Virus record (IMG/VR): IMGVR_UViG_2671180892_000013
Length of the DNA stretch: 36,388 bases
From: a virus
Lineage: Duplodnaviria > Heunggongvirae > Uroviricota > Caudoviricetes
Reading direction: 5' to 3' (one strand)
Position numbers and translations under genes: made by a program. This document shows, piece by piece, positions 19,032 to 28,000 of the stretch (positions are counted from its first letter, which is position 1; every line of letters starts with the position of its first letter). The notes below the pieces were generated by a model. The model saw only the letters and a list, made by a program, of their open reading frames with translations, did no database searches and was not told the DNA's origin.

Positions 19032-19682
19032 TCAGCGGCTGTCATTGCGCAGTCTGCGCTCCAGCTGCTGTTTGTCTTTTTTCACGCCACAGCGGGGATC
19101 GAGCTGCAACGCATGGTTGAGATGGTTAAGGGCGGAAGCCGGATTGCTTTCACTCAGGACAGCGCCAATCGCTTTATGCAGACGCGCCCGTGACTGGTCC
19201 GGCATATCCAGACCGTCTGTCAGCTCCAGCGTCTGCAGCAACAGATCGGCATCAAAGCCGGTGGCGGCAAGCATTGCGCTCTGCGCCGCGTCTGCCATTT
19301 CCTCTGCCAGCACGGTCTGCACATTGCGGTTACCCAGTGGCATCACCCAGCCATGACGCAGGGCATGACATCCGATCTCCAGCGCCCCGGCATAATCTCC
19401 GGCATCAATGCGCCACAGCATCACGTACATCAGCACGTCATCCTGTTGAGTGCCTCCGGCAGCCAGGACGCCCTCTGCCCAGGCGGCGTACTTCGGCAGC
19501 AGCTCCACCTTGATTTCCGCTTTTTTGACCGTGGACTGAACACCCTTGAGACGGCGGCGGTCTTCTGCCAGTTGCAGCAGCATCAGGTCATAGCCCGACG
19601 CGTGGCGAACACTGCCGCCCTCGCGGGCGGCCTGTTCAGCCTGAACGCGCAGGCGATGCTGCCGTGCGGGACTCAGGCTCAT
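19032..19682 (-). CDS. M: terminase endonuclease (small) subunit M
   Basis: 216 aa downstream of the capsid gene. Confidence 0.8.
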   Translation of the reverse strand: MSLSPARQHRLRVQAEQAAREGGSVRHASGYDLMLLQLAEDRRRLKGVQSTVKKAEIKVELLPKYAAWAEGVLAAGGTQQDDVLMYVMLWRIDAGDYAGALEIGCHALRHGWVMPLGNRNVQTVLAEEMADAAQSAMLAATGFDADLLLQTLELTDGLDMPDQSRARLHKAIGAVLSESNPASALNHLNHALQLDPRCGVKKDKQQLERRLRNDSR

Positions 19683-19685
19683 GGA

Positions 19686-20744
19686 TTACGCTCCGGTTTC
19701 TGCTGCGGCGGCGCTGAAGTCGCCAATCTGGATGTTTTCCACAAGTGCGGCACAGCGGTAGTCCTCAACCACATAGGCTTCGTTAACGGATTCAAAGTTT
19801 TCAATCCGGTCACGTTTCGGGTTGTCGATAACTGAACGGCGACGGGTGTCTTCCTGCCAGTAGATGGACAGGTTATCCAGACGGGTGATCAGCAGTGCAT
19901 TCGGCGGGAAGAACGGTGCACGCACGGCCTGCAAGCCACCCATGCGTTTCTGACTGATGATCATATCGGCAGCCAGTTTTTCACTGTTTTCCTGCTCTTT
20001 GTTAACCAGCGGGAAATACTTGTCAGACAGCAGTTCACGCCCGCAAATCACCACCAGGTCGTCATCGTCCTGGTAGACCACGTCGATAAGCTCATTGACG
20101 GCATCCATCACCACTGCGTCCAGGTTGGCATATTCGCCACCTTTCCCGACTTTCACCGCACCCGGTGTAGTTTCACCGCCCGTGGTGGAGCTGCCCATGA
20201 CGTGATCCGGTGCATCCTCACGGATTTTCTGCAGCCAGCCTTTATTCACATCCTGCAGTAGCGGGTTTTCGCTACGGTTGGAGGTTTTCGCACGCTTCAC
20301 GCCGTTAAAGCCGATCATGATGCGGTCCAGTGCCTGACGTTTCACGATGGCGTCACGGATACGCACCTGAAAATCCTGAAACTTCGCCCACAGGTCCAGC
20401 TTCGCGTAGGTCAGTACCGTGTCAAAGTTGGTCTGCTCGCATTTATATTCCACATCGACCATCAGCGTCGGATCGACAGGTTCACGCTCTTTCGCGGTGG
20501 TATCAGTGGTTCCGGCAATGGTGCTGCCAACTCCCAACCCCAGCAGCTGACCGGACTGCTCAGTCACTGGCGTGACGTTAATCAGCGTCAGGAAAGCGGC
20601 GGACTGCTGGATCTGGTCTTCCAATGTCTGCTGCACGGACGGCTCTACGGTGAACTTGCTGGACAGTTCTTCAACTGCCACACCGTTCAGACGCGCCAGT
20701 TGCTGCAGGTAAGCGTTAAAAGCAAAGCGGGTATTCTTCTTCAT
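19686..20744 (-). CDS. N: major capsid protein N
   Basis: 352 aa downstream of the scaffold gene. Confidence 0.88.
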   Translation of the reverse strand: MKKNTRFAFNAYLQQLARLNGVAVEELSSKFTVEPSVQQTLEDQIQQSAAFLTLINVTPVTEQSGQLLGLGVGSTIAGTTDTTAKEREPVDPTLMVDVEYKCEQTNFDTVLTYAKLDLWAKFQDFQVRIRDAIVKRQALDRIMIGFNGVKRAKTSNRSENPLLQDVNKGWLQKIREDAPDHVMGSSTTGGETTPGAVKVGKGGEYANLDAVVMDAVNELIDVVYQDDDDLVVICGRELLSDKYFPLVNKEQENSEKLAADMIISQKRMGGLQAVRAPFFPPNALLITRLDNLSIYWQEDTRRRSVIDNPKRDRIENFESVNEAYVVEDYRCAALVENIQIGDFSAAAAETGA

Positions 20745-20760
20745 CAGGTTTTGTGCTCCA

Positions 20761-21594
20761 TCAGCAATTGGTCAGAGTGTCAGCGGGGGCGTTACCGCCT
20801 GTTGCACGCTGGCGGTAGTCCTGGCGGCTGTCTTCATGGCTCAGCTTGTCCACCAGTTCGTTAAAGGCGGTCTGCTGTGCCTGCAGGACAGTCTCCAGCT
20901 CAGACAGGCGTTCTTCCTGCTCAGACAGGGATTTTTCGGTGCGCGCACTCAGGTTCTGCTGCTCAGTGGCGACCAGTTCCACGGCCTTACGCACATCAGA
21001 GAACCGGGCGTCATCGGACTGCTCTTTTTTGGTGAACAGCGCCGTGACACGGGCAAACAGGGACGGTTTGTCATCCTGGATTTCTTCCAGTTCGATCACC
21101 GTTTCCTCTGCAGCGGTAAAAAGATTGGCGGGATTCTGCTTGCGGTTTGCCAGCGGGTTATGGGCTGCACTGGCGCTGAATGTCAGCATTTCAGTGCCCA
21201 GACTGGCAGGGTCATCAGTGGCAGCCAGGCCGACCAGGTAGGCTTTGCCCGTATCAGCAAACTTCGGGCTGACTTCCATAGAGGTGAATAATTTCTGGCC
21301 TTTTTTCACCAGTTCCACCAGGGACTCCGTTGGCTCAACGTCGGCATACAGCGCCATCTTGCCTGCCAGCGGACCTTCCGTGATTTCTTCAGCAAACAGC
21401 GCAGTCACCTTGCCGTAGCGGTTAAAGGTGCTGTCCGGCAGATAAGACTTGATGTGCTCAAGGTTAATCAGCGCGGTATACACCGCCGGGTTGTAGCTGG
21501 CTGCCATCTGTTCCAGCCATTCACGCTGGATTTCGCGTCCGTCGGTGGTGGCACCTTCCACCCCGATGCGAAAACGCTTTGCTTTCACTGTCAT
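20761..21594 (-). CDS. O: capsid scaffolding protein O
   Basis: 277 aa, acidic coiled-coil-rich C-terminal part; divergent from P. Confidence 0.85.
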   Translation of the reverse strand: MTVKAKRFRIGVEGATTDGREIQREWLEQMAASYNPAVYTALINLEHIKSYLPDSTFNRYGKVTALFAEEITEGPLAGKMALYADVEPTESLVELVKKGQKLFTSMEVSPKFADTGKAYLVGLAATDDPASLGTEMLTFSASAAHNPLANRKQNPANLFTAAEETVIELEEIQDDKPSLFARVTALFTKKEQSDDARFSDVRKAVELVATEQQNLSARTEKSLSEQEERLSELETVLQAQQTAFNELVDKLSHEDSRQDYRQRATGGNAPADTLTNC

Positions 21595-21672
21595 GAGCCG
21601 TGCTCCGTTAGAAAAAACTTACTGGAGCCTTATGGTTGCGGTGATGGGGGCAGTGAAACAATGCGCGGTATT

Positions 21673-21690
21673 TGTACCGACAACCACACA
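21673..21690. promoter_or_regulatory. TGT-N12-ACA dyad in the divergent O/P control region
   Basis: tgtaccgacaaccacaca centred about 87 bp upstream of the O start and about 55 bp upstream of the P start. Confidence 0.4.
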
Positions 21691-21736
21691 AACCGCAGGC
21701 GGGGAAAGCCGTCATTCAAGGCTGTAGGTTTGTGCC

Positions 21737-23503
21737 ATGAACACCACACTGACACCCGCAGATCTCGATCCCCGTCGGCAGGCCATGCTGCTGTACTTTC
21801 AGGGATACCGCGTCGCCCGCATTGCTGAAATGCTGGGCGAGAAAGTTGCAACCGTTCACAGCTGGAAAAAACGCGACAAGTGGGGTGACTATGGGCCGCT
21901 GGATCAGATGCAGCTCACCACCGCCGCACGCTACTGCCAGCTCATTATGAAGGAGCACAAAGAAGGGAAAGATTTCAAAGAAATTGACCTGCTGGCACGC
22001 CAGTCTGAGCGCCACGCGCGGATCGGCAAGTTTAACAATGGCGGCAACGAAGCCGACTTAAACCCAAACGTTGCCAACCGCAACAAAGGCCCACGTCGTC
22101 AGCCGGAAAAGAATGTTTTCACCGATGAACAGATTGAGAAACTGGAAGAAATCTTCCATTCCTCTATGTTCAACTACCAGCGCCACTGGTGGGAAGCCGG
22201 AAAAACCAACCGCATCCGCAACCTGCTGAAGTCACGCCAGATCGGCGCGACCTTTTACTTTGCCCGTGAAGCCCTGATTGACGCCCTGCTGACCGGACGT
22301 AACCAGATTTTCCTTTCTGCCAGCAAGGCTCAGGCCCACGTCTTTAAACAGTACATCATCGACTTTGCCAAAGAAGTGGAGGTGGAGCTGAAAGGCGATC
22401 CGATGGTGCTTCCTAACGGGGCCACGCTTTACTTCCTCGGCACCAATGCCCGCACGGCCCAGAGTTACCACGGCAACCTGTATCTGGATGAATATTTCTG
22501 GATACCGAAATTCCAGGAGCTGCGCAAAGTGGCCTCCGGTATGGCTATTCACAAAAAATGGCGACAAACCTATTTTTCCACGCCATCCAGTCTGACACAC
22601 AGTGCTTATCCGTTCTGGTCCGGTGCGCTGTTCAACCGTGGGCGCAACAAAGCCGATAAGGTGGACATCGACCTGTCCCACAGCAATCTGGCCCCCGGCC
22701 TGCTGTGCGCAGACGGGCAATACCGCCAGATAGTCACCGTGGAAGATGCGGTGCGCGGCGGCTGTAACCTGTTCGACCTCGACCAGCTACGCATGGAGTA
22801 CAGCCCGGACGAATACCAGAACCTGCTGATGTGCGAGTTTGTGGACGATCTCGCGTCCGTGTTTCCGCTCAGCGAGCTGCAGGCGTGCATGGTGGACAGT
22901 TGGGAAGTCTGGACCGACTTTCATGCACTGGCGCTGCGCCCGTTTGGCTGGCGCGAAGTGTGGATCGGTTATGACCCGGCAAAAGGTACGCAAAACGGCG
23001 ACAGCGCTGGATGCGTGGTGATGGCACCGCCAGCCGTGCCGGGTGGTAAGTTCCGCATTCTTGAGCGTCACCAGTGGCGCGGGATGGACTTCCGCGCCCA
23101 AGCTGACGCCATCAAAAAACTTACCGAACAGTACAACGTGACTTATATCGGTATCGACTCAACCGGCGTTGGTCACGGGGTTTACGAGAACGTGAAAGCG
23201 TTCTTTCCTGCCGTCCGGGAGTTTGTCTACAACCCCAACGTTAAAAACGCCCTGGTACTCAAGGCCTACGACATTATCAGCCACCGCCGTCTGGAGTTTG
23301 ACGCCGGGCACACCGACATTGCGCAGTCATTCATGGCAATCCGTCGCGCAACCACCGCCAGTGGCAACCGCCCAACCTATGAAGCCAGCCGCAGCGAAGA
23401 AGCCAGCCACGCCGATCTGGCCTGGGCAACAATGCACGCACTGTTTAACGAACCACTGCAGGGCGAGTCCGCCAATACCAGTAATATTGTGGAGATTTTT
23501 TGA
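21737..23503 (+). CDS. P: terminase ATPase (large) subunit P
   Basis: 588 aa; 4-bp overlap with the portal gene. Confidence 0.9.
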   Translation: MNTTLTPADLDPRRQAMLLYFQGYRVARIAEMLGEKVATVHSWKKRDKWGDYGPLDQMQLTTAARYCQLIMKEHKEGKDFKEIDLLARQSERHARIGKFNNGGNEADLNPNVANRNKGPRRQPEKNVFTDEQIEKLEEIFHSSMFNYQRHWWEAGKTNRIRNLLKSRQIGATFYFAREALIDALLTGRNQIFLSASKAQAHVFKQYIIDFAKEVEVELKGDPMVLPNGATLYFLGTNARTAQSYHGNLYLDEYFWIPKFQELRKVASGMAIHKKWRQTYFSTPSSLTHSAYPFWSGALFNRGRNKADKVDIDLSHSNLAPGLLCADGQYRQIVTVEDAVRGGCNLFDLDQLRMEYSPDEYQNLLMCEFVDDLASVFPLSELQACMVDSWEVWTDFHALALRPFGWREVWIGYDPAKGTQNGDSAGCVVMAPPAVPGGKFRILERHQWRGMDFRAQADAIKKLTEQYNVTYIGIDSTGVGHGVYENVKAFFPAVREFVYNPNVKNALVLKAYDIISHRRLEFDAGHTDIAQSFMAIRRATTASGNRPTYEASRSEEASHADLAWATMHALFNEPLQGESANTSNIVEIF

Positions 23504-24528
23504 TGGGAAAGAGTAAGAAGAACCGCGCTGCGTCGACGAACCAGATCCAGCATAAAAGTCAAACTACAGCCGAAGCATTCAGCTTCGGTGATCCCGTTCC
23601 TGTTCTGGACCGCCGCGAACTACTGGACTATGTGGAATGCGTACAGACAGATCGCTGGTATGAGCCGCCAGTAAGCTTTGACGGACTGGCGCGCACCTTC
23701 CGCGCCGCCGTGCATCACAGTTCACCAATTGCGGTGAAATGCAACATTCTGACCAGTACCTACATCCCCCACCCGCTGCTCAGCCAGCAGGCTTTTTCAC
23801 GTTTTGTGCAGGACTATCTGGTATTTGGTAACGCCTACCTGGAGAAACGCACGAACCGCTTCGGTGAAGTTATCGCCCTTGAGCCTGCTCTGGCAAAATA
23901 CACCCGACGCGGGTTAGACCTGGATACCTACTGGTTTGTGCAATACGGTATGACAACCCAGCCGTATCAGTTCACGAAAGGCAGCATTTTTCATCTGATG
24001 GAACCGGACATTAACCAGGAGATCTACGGCCTGCCCGGCTATCTTTCTGCCATTCCGTCCGCCCTGCTCAATGAGTCCGCCACGCTGTTCCGACGCAAAT
24101 ATTACATCAACGGCAGCCATGCAGGCTTCATCATGTATATGACCGATGCCGCGCAGAATCAGGAGGATGTGAACAATCTCCGCAACGCGATGAAAAGTGC
24201 CAAAGGTCCTGGTAACTTCCGCAACCTGTTTATGTACTCGCCTAATGGCAAAAAAGACGGGCTTCAGATCATCCCGTTGTCAGAAGTCGCAGCGAAGGAT
24301 GAATTTCTGAACATCAAGAACGTGAGCCGGGACGATATGATGGCGGCGCATCGTGTACCGCCACAGATGATGGGGATTATGCCGAATAATGTTGGGGGAT
24401 TTGGGGATGTGGAGAAATCGGCTAAAGTATTTGTGCGAAATGAGTTATTGCCGTTGCAAAAACGATTAATAGAAATTAACTCGTGGGTAAATATGGAAAT
24501 TATAAAATATACCGCATACAAATTATAA
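23500..24528 (+). CDS. Q: portal protein Q
   Basis: 342 aa downstream of P; the last about 15 codons lie in AT-rich cargo-type DNA. Confidence 0.88.
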   Translation: MMGKSKKNRAASTNQIQHKSQTTAEAFSFGDPVPVLDRRELLDYVECVQTDRWYEPPVSFDGLARTFRAAVHHSSPIAVKCNILTSTYIPHPLLSQQAFSRFVQDYLVFGNAYLEKRTNRFGEVIALEPALAKYTRRGLDLDTYWFVQYGMTTQPYQFTKGSIFHLMEPDINQEIYGLPGYLSAIPSALLNESATLFRRKYYINGSHAGFIMYMTDAAQNQEDVNNLRNAMKSAKGPGNFRNLFMYSPNGKKDGLQIIPLSEVAAKDEFLNIKNVSRDDMMAAHRVPPQMMGIMPNNVGGFGDVEKSAKVFVRNELLPLQKRLIEINSWVNMEIIKYTAYKL

Positions 24529-24533
24529 CCTTC

Positions 24534-24561
24534 AAAAGGATTGGCATAACACCAATCCTTT
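24534..24561. terminator. bidirectional hairpin between convergent Q and the SIR2-like gene
   Basis: aaaggattgg cataaca ccaatccttt 10-bp stem; T-run on the minus-strand side. Confidence 0.45.
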
Positions 24562-24576
24562 CATCATATAGATACG

Positions 24577-25449
24577 CTACCAATTCATGCTTTCTTTTAA
24601 TTCAGTTCGCGCATTTTCAACAAGTTGTACCAACTCTTTAAGACTATCAGTTAACACTTGATGACTACCTTTATTTGTTCTATATGTTAACATATTTACA
24701 TTTAATGTTTTTTCAATAACAGGAACCATATCTCTATGAATACTTTTATCAGCCATAACCATATAATGTGGTTTAACAGCATTGTGCTTGAAAAAAGCAT
24801 CTTCCAGAAGAAGCCTTATATCGGGGTCATTAGCCCCACAACCTATAAATAGAAATGTATGCGTTAAACCCAAGGCATTAAGAATCTCGTAAAAATCTCT
24901 GTACTGTGATCTTGCCTTTGCATAATCACTTCTTGAAAAAATCAAGTTTGACGTATTATCAATTGTGCCGTGAATTTTCAGAATAACACGACCACTATCC
25001 TTTATTGCACTTGCAATATCACTATCAAAATAATTTTTGACACTTACCGTGCCTTCTGTTTCTTTACTAACATATGTTTCATATATTTTATCAAAATTAG
25101 GCGTTACAACAATCCTGCAATCTAATTTAAAAAGAAACTCATGTATATCTGCTTTAGCATAATGTGGATTCAAGAATGCATTTTTTGCAATTTCATCGAA
25201 CCTCCCTTTAGGAAGCTTTGCCTTAATTAATTCACAAGCAGTCAAATAATCTTCGTTTTTAATCAATCGTTTAATTTGTAGCGATGACCCAGAACTGAGT
25301 TCTGGTAAACATCCTTCAAGAAATTGTTTCCAACTTGGAGGCCGTGAATTACCTTTACCAACACTGTTCATTGAGACGCCTGCCCCCAGAAATAAAATAC
25401 ATTTCCGTCTCGCTAAATCGGAGACTAAGCTTTTATCCCAATTAATCAT
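24577..25449 (-). CDS. SIR2-like domain protein (predicted NAD-dependent effector), second gene of a two-gene cargo operon
   Basis: 290 aa; CILFLGAGVS glycine-rich motif near the N-terminus, TPNFD, IHGTID (HG), FLFIGCGANDPD; AT-rich; ATG overlaps the upstream ATPase stop (ATGA). Confidence 0.7.
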   Translation of the reverse strand: MINWDKSLVSDLARRKCILFLGAGVSMNSVGKGNSRPPSWKQFLEGCLPELSSGSSLQIKRLIKNEDYLTACELIKAKLPKGRFDEIAKNAFLNPHYAKADIHEFLFKLDCRIVVTPNFDKIYETYVSKETEGTVSVKNYFDSDIASAIKDSGRVILKIHGTIDNTSNLIFSRSDYAKARSQYRDFYEILNALGLTHTFLFIGCGANDPDIRLLLEDAFFKHNAVKPHYMVMADKSIHRDMVPVIEKTLNVNMLTYRTNKGSHQVLTDSLKELVQLVENARTELKESMNW

Positions 25450-26453
25450 GACTCACTCGCAGCAACATTATCAAGGATACGGGAACAAATACTTTCAAAA
25501 AGCTTCTTAGCATCGTTTACTTTTGAAAAGTGCGATCCTACTACCCCATCTTTATTTTTAAGATTAAAAATTGGAGCATTTGCTAATTGAGACAATGGAA
25601 TTAAGCTATTCATATTCTCAATTTGCCCTAAATCAAAATTCATATCTTGTTTTTTTGCGTAATTATTGATTATTTCTGCTTTCATTGCCTTAGGAATTTT
25701 AAGTGCAATTTTTTCATACGCATTAACTTTTACTTTCTCTCCCCTTACTGTTTTCCCTTTATATTGTTGCATCGCATACCCAAGAAACTTCAGTCTGCAC
25801 TGTAAAGATGAGCCATCGATGATAAAATCTTCACCTTCATTTTTAGTATAGTTTTTCAGGCCATCAGATACACCTTCCATCCAGGCCTTTAGCGAAAGGT
25901 TAATATTATTAAGAGCTAAAAGACTAAACATATCAACAGACATTGGAATAATGAAATAGTCACATGATATTATTATTGCTCTATTCAATGCACCTAATGA
26001 AGGGCCTACATCATATAAAATAAAATCATAGTCTTTATACATGGAGGACAGATGTGAAAAAACAAATGTTGTTTGTATACCTCGAGGTTTCCCTGCCACA
26101 GCGGGGTCCCAATCAGATGCTAAAAAATCCTCACTCAACGCTAACTTGGGATCCCCAGGAATCAAGTCAAAACCAAACCTATCAGTTTTTATTGGAACTA
26201 CACGAGTAGTTGCATATCCTTTTGCCCTCCGAACTGGGGTTAAGAAATTTTCAATTGTATTTCTCTTATCAGAACCATAAAGTTCATCAAGTTTTTTCTC
26301 TCCCAAACAATAAGATGTTGTGTTGCACTGAGGATCGGCGTCAATAACCAACACTTTTTTGTGCATCTCAAGACTAAGATAAGCACCAACATTACACAAC
26401 AATGTAGTTTTGCCAACGCCACCTTTATTATTGAAAAAAACTATACTGTTCAT
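25446..26453 (-). CDS. ParA/MinD-superfamily deviant Walker-A ATPase, first gene of the cargo operon
   Basis: 335 aa; NNKGGVGKTT at residues 8-17, VIDADPQ, ILYDVGPS; no ParB-like gene follows. Confidence 0.75.
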   Translation of the reverse strand: MNSIVFFNNKGGVGKTTLLCNVGAYLSLEMHKKVLVIDADPQCNTTSYCLGEKKLDELYGSDKRNTIENFLTPVRRAKGYATTRVVPIKTDRFGFDLIPGDPKLALSEDFLASDWDPAVAGKPRGIQTTFVFSHLSSMYKDYDFILYDVGPSLGALNRAIIISCDYFIIPMSVDMFSLLALNNINLSLKAWMEGVSDGLKNYTKNEGEDFIIDGSSLQCRLKFLGYAMQQYKGKTVRGEKVKVNAYEKIALKIPKAMKAEIINNYAKKQDMNFDLGQIENMNSLIPLSQLANAPIFNLKNKDGVVGSHFSKVNDAKKLFESICSRILDNVAASES

Positions 26454-26490
26454 CTATAACATTGCTCATTTTATCACTCAAATTTCCTGA

Positions 26491-26499
26491 GATTTATAC
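26491..26499 (-). promoter_or_regulatory. candidate extended -10 (TGTATAAAT) for the ATPase/SIR2 operon
   Basis: Minus-strand tgtataaat about 40 bp upstream of the ATPase ATG. Confidence 0.3.
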
Positions 26500-26599
26500 A
26501 TAAGATTAATCGCAATGTCCAATCAGCTTTAACATTAATTAACACCTCTTTTAAGATTAAAATTTTGTTAAGAAATGCACTCTAGCCCCATGGCGCGCG

Positions 26600-26618
26600 C
26601 TCGTATCCCCGCCACGCC
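26600..26618 (-). other. cos-like cohesive-end motif
   Basis: Minus strand reads GGCGTGGCGGGGATACGAG; first 13 nt match the P2/186 cohesive-end sequence as I recall it. Confidence 0.4.
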
Positions 26619-26997
26619 TGCCCGCTTTATGCAGTGGTTTTCATGCACATGCATGACATGAGCAAAAGCCCGCCAGTTCTGGCGAATCTGAGCAAAGACG
26701 ATCCTCAATCGATCATGCGATTTCATGCAGCATAGTCATGCACTGTCAAGGAAGTGAAAATCCGTATCTGAATGGCCACTTGAAAAACGGATCATACGGG
26801 TTTACAAAGATGAATGTTCGCTGTGAACGGGAAGCGGAAGTTAACTTTCAGATAACATAATCCATATGCACGAGAACCTCTAAAATAGAATGGGACACCT
26901 AAGCGGGGTACTTACAACTATTCTTTCCATATTCACAGTTAACACTCTGTTTGGCGTATTTTTATTCAAATAGCAAACACCAATAAAAGGAGTTTCC

Positions 26998-27333
26998 ATG
27001 AACAATATTCCCCCTATACCACAGTTAGGAATTTATGTCTCAAAAATCGATCCCACCCTACGTATCACTGTAACCGATGTTGATATTGTTGATGGTGAGG
27101 ATGATTCTCCTGATGATGAATTGTTTTATTTAGTCCACTGGATCGAGGGGGAAGATGAAAGTGATATGACAGCAATGGGATTTGAGCTAGACCCAGTAGA
27201 GTGGCAGGCTTTCGTTGAATCTGAGCAATTAGTGTTTGAGCGTGATCCGTACATGGATTCAATCCCCGAAAATTCAAACTTGGCAAAGATTCGGGATTTT
27301 CTCATGAAGACTAAACAGAATGATCATTCGTAA
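26998..27333 (+). CDS. hypothetical small acidic protein
   Basis: 111 aa rich in Asp/Glu (DIVDGEDDSPDDELF, EGEDESDM); strong aaaggag SD 7 nt before the ATG. Confidence 0.6.
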   Translation: MNNIPPIPQLGIYVSKIDPTLRITVTDVDIVDGEDDSPDDELFYLVHWIEGEDESDMTAMGFELDPVEWQAFVESEQLVFERDPYMDSIPENSNLAKIRDFLMKTKQNDHS

Positions 27334-27487
27334 GTGTAAGCATCCATCAGGAAAATGGTTTTGTAAGTGAATCATCAACTTTTAGAGAGTCTCAGACACT
27401 CCCACTTCTGCTTCTGACACAAAGCGGACGATCACTTATCAAAATAACCGCCCACCTTACGCCTTATTTCACTCATTGCCCAAACTA

Positions 27488-27517
27488 GCCCCCATCAGAA
27501 TGAATCCTCCTGGGGGC
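27488..27517. terminator. GC-stem hairpin downstream of the DinI-like gene
   Basis: gccccca ... tgggggc inverted repeat. Confidence 0.3.
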
Positions 27518-27525
27518 AACGTTTC

Positions 27526-27759
27526 TTAATGCAGCCAGCTGTCGTCCTCCCACACCTTCTGCATAATTTTCATCACTTGTTTTCTTTCTTCATCCAGTTG
27601 CAGTCCGGTTAGTTCCACACCGTTAGAGCTACCTTTGCGAATGCGAATTACCGTTTTGGGATACAGGGGGCGCAGATTGCGGTAAAGCTCGGATTCAAGG
27701 GCGTCCAGGGTAGACTGGCTAATCTTCTGCTCTTTATCGATCATTATTTCAATGCGCAT
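27526..27759 (-). CDS. DinI-family protein
   Basis: ATG at 27757-27759 with aggtga SD; product MRIEIMIDKEQKISQSTLDALESELYRNLRPLYP...VWEDDSWLH aligns with DinI (MRIE...DAL..EL...WE...W); the track ORF extends 24 codons upstream. Confidence 0.7.
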   Translation of the reverse strand: MRIEIMIDKEQKISQSTLDALESELYRNLRPLYPKTVIRIRKGSSNGVELTGLQLDEERKQVMKIMQKVWEDDSWLH

Positions 27760-27769
27760 AAAAGTCACC

Positions 27770-27958
27770 TCAGCTGATGACATCCATTGAGCGGTTGTAT
27801 TCGTGGCTTCTGATTTTTGCCATGAGTTCATCAGTCAATTCAGAAACCCACTGCAGAGCCAGCCCCTTCTCTTCATCACTACACTCACTAGCCGCTACAA
27901 GCTTAAGAAAAAAATCAATGCGCTGGAGCTTCAAAGACTCCAAAAAATAGTCCTGCAT
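27770..27958 (-). CDS. hypothetical small protein, first gene of the SOS-regulated pair (possible Tum-like antirepressor part)
   Basis: 62 aa; aggagga SD; LexA box 43 bp upstream; 186 Tum is an SOS-induced antirepressor with a DinI-like part (recalled). Confidence 0.45.
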   Translation of the reverse strand: MQDYFLESLKLQRIDFFLKLVAASECSDEEKGLALQWVSELTDELMAKIRSHEYNRSMDVIS

Positions 27959-28000
27959 CTTTCCTCCTATGACACCAAAACAATACTGTATACATAACCA

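Noticed and set aside
21716-22015. Second TGT-N12-ACA match (tgtgccatgaacaccaca) overlapping the P start codon
   Set aside because: Lies across the P initiation codon and coding sequence; most likely a chance match.
25446-26453. ParA-like ATPase as a plasmid or prophage partition system
   Set aside because: No ParB-like gene or iterated centromere repeats nearby; instead tightly coupled to a SIR2-like gene, and P2-family prophages are integrated, not plasmid-like.
27526-27831. Extended 101-aa form of the DinI-like ORF
   Set aside because: DinI homology starts at the internal MRIE methionine, which has an SD; the upstream extension overlaps the preceding 62-aa gene.
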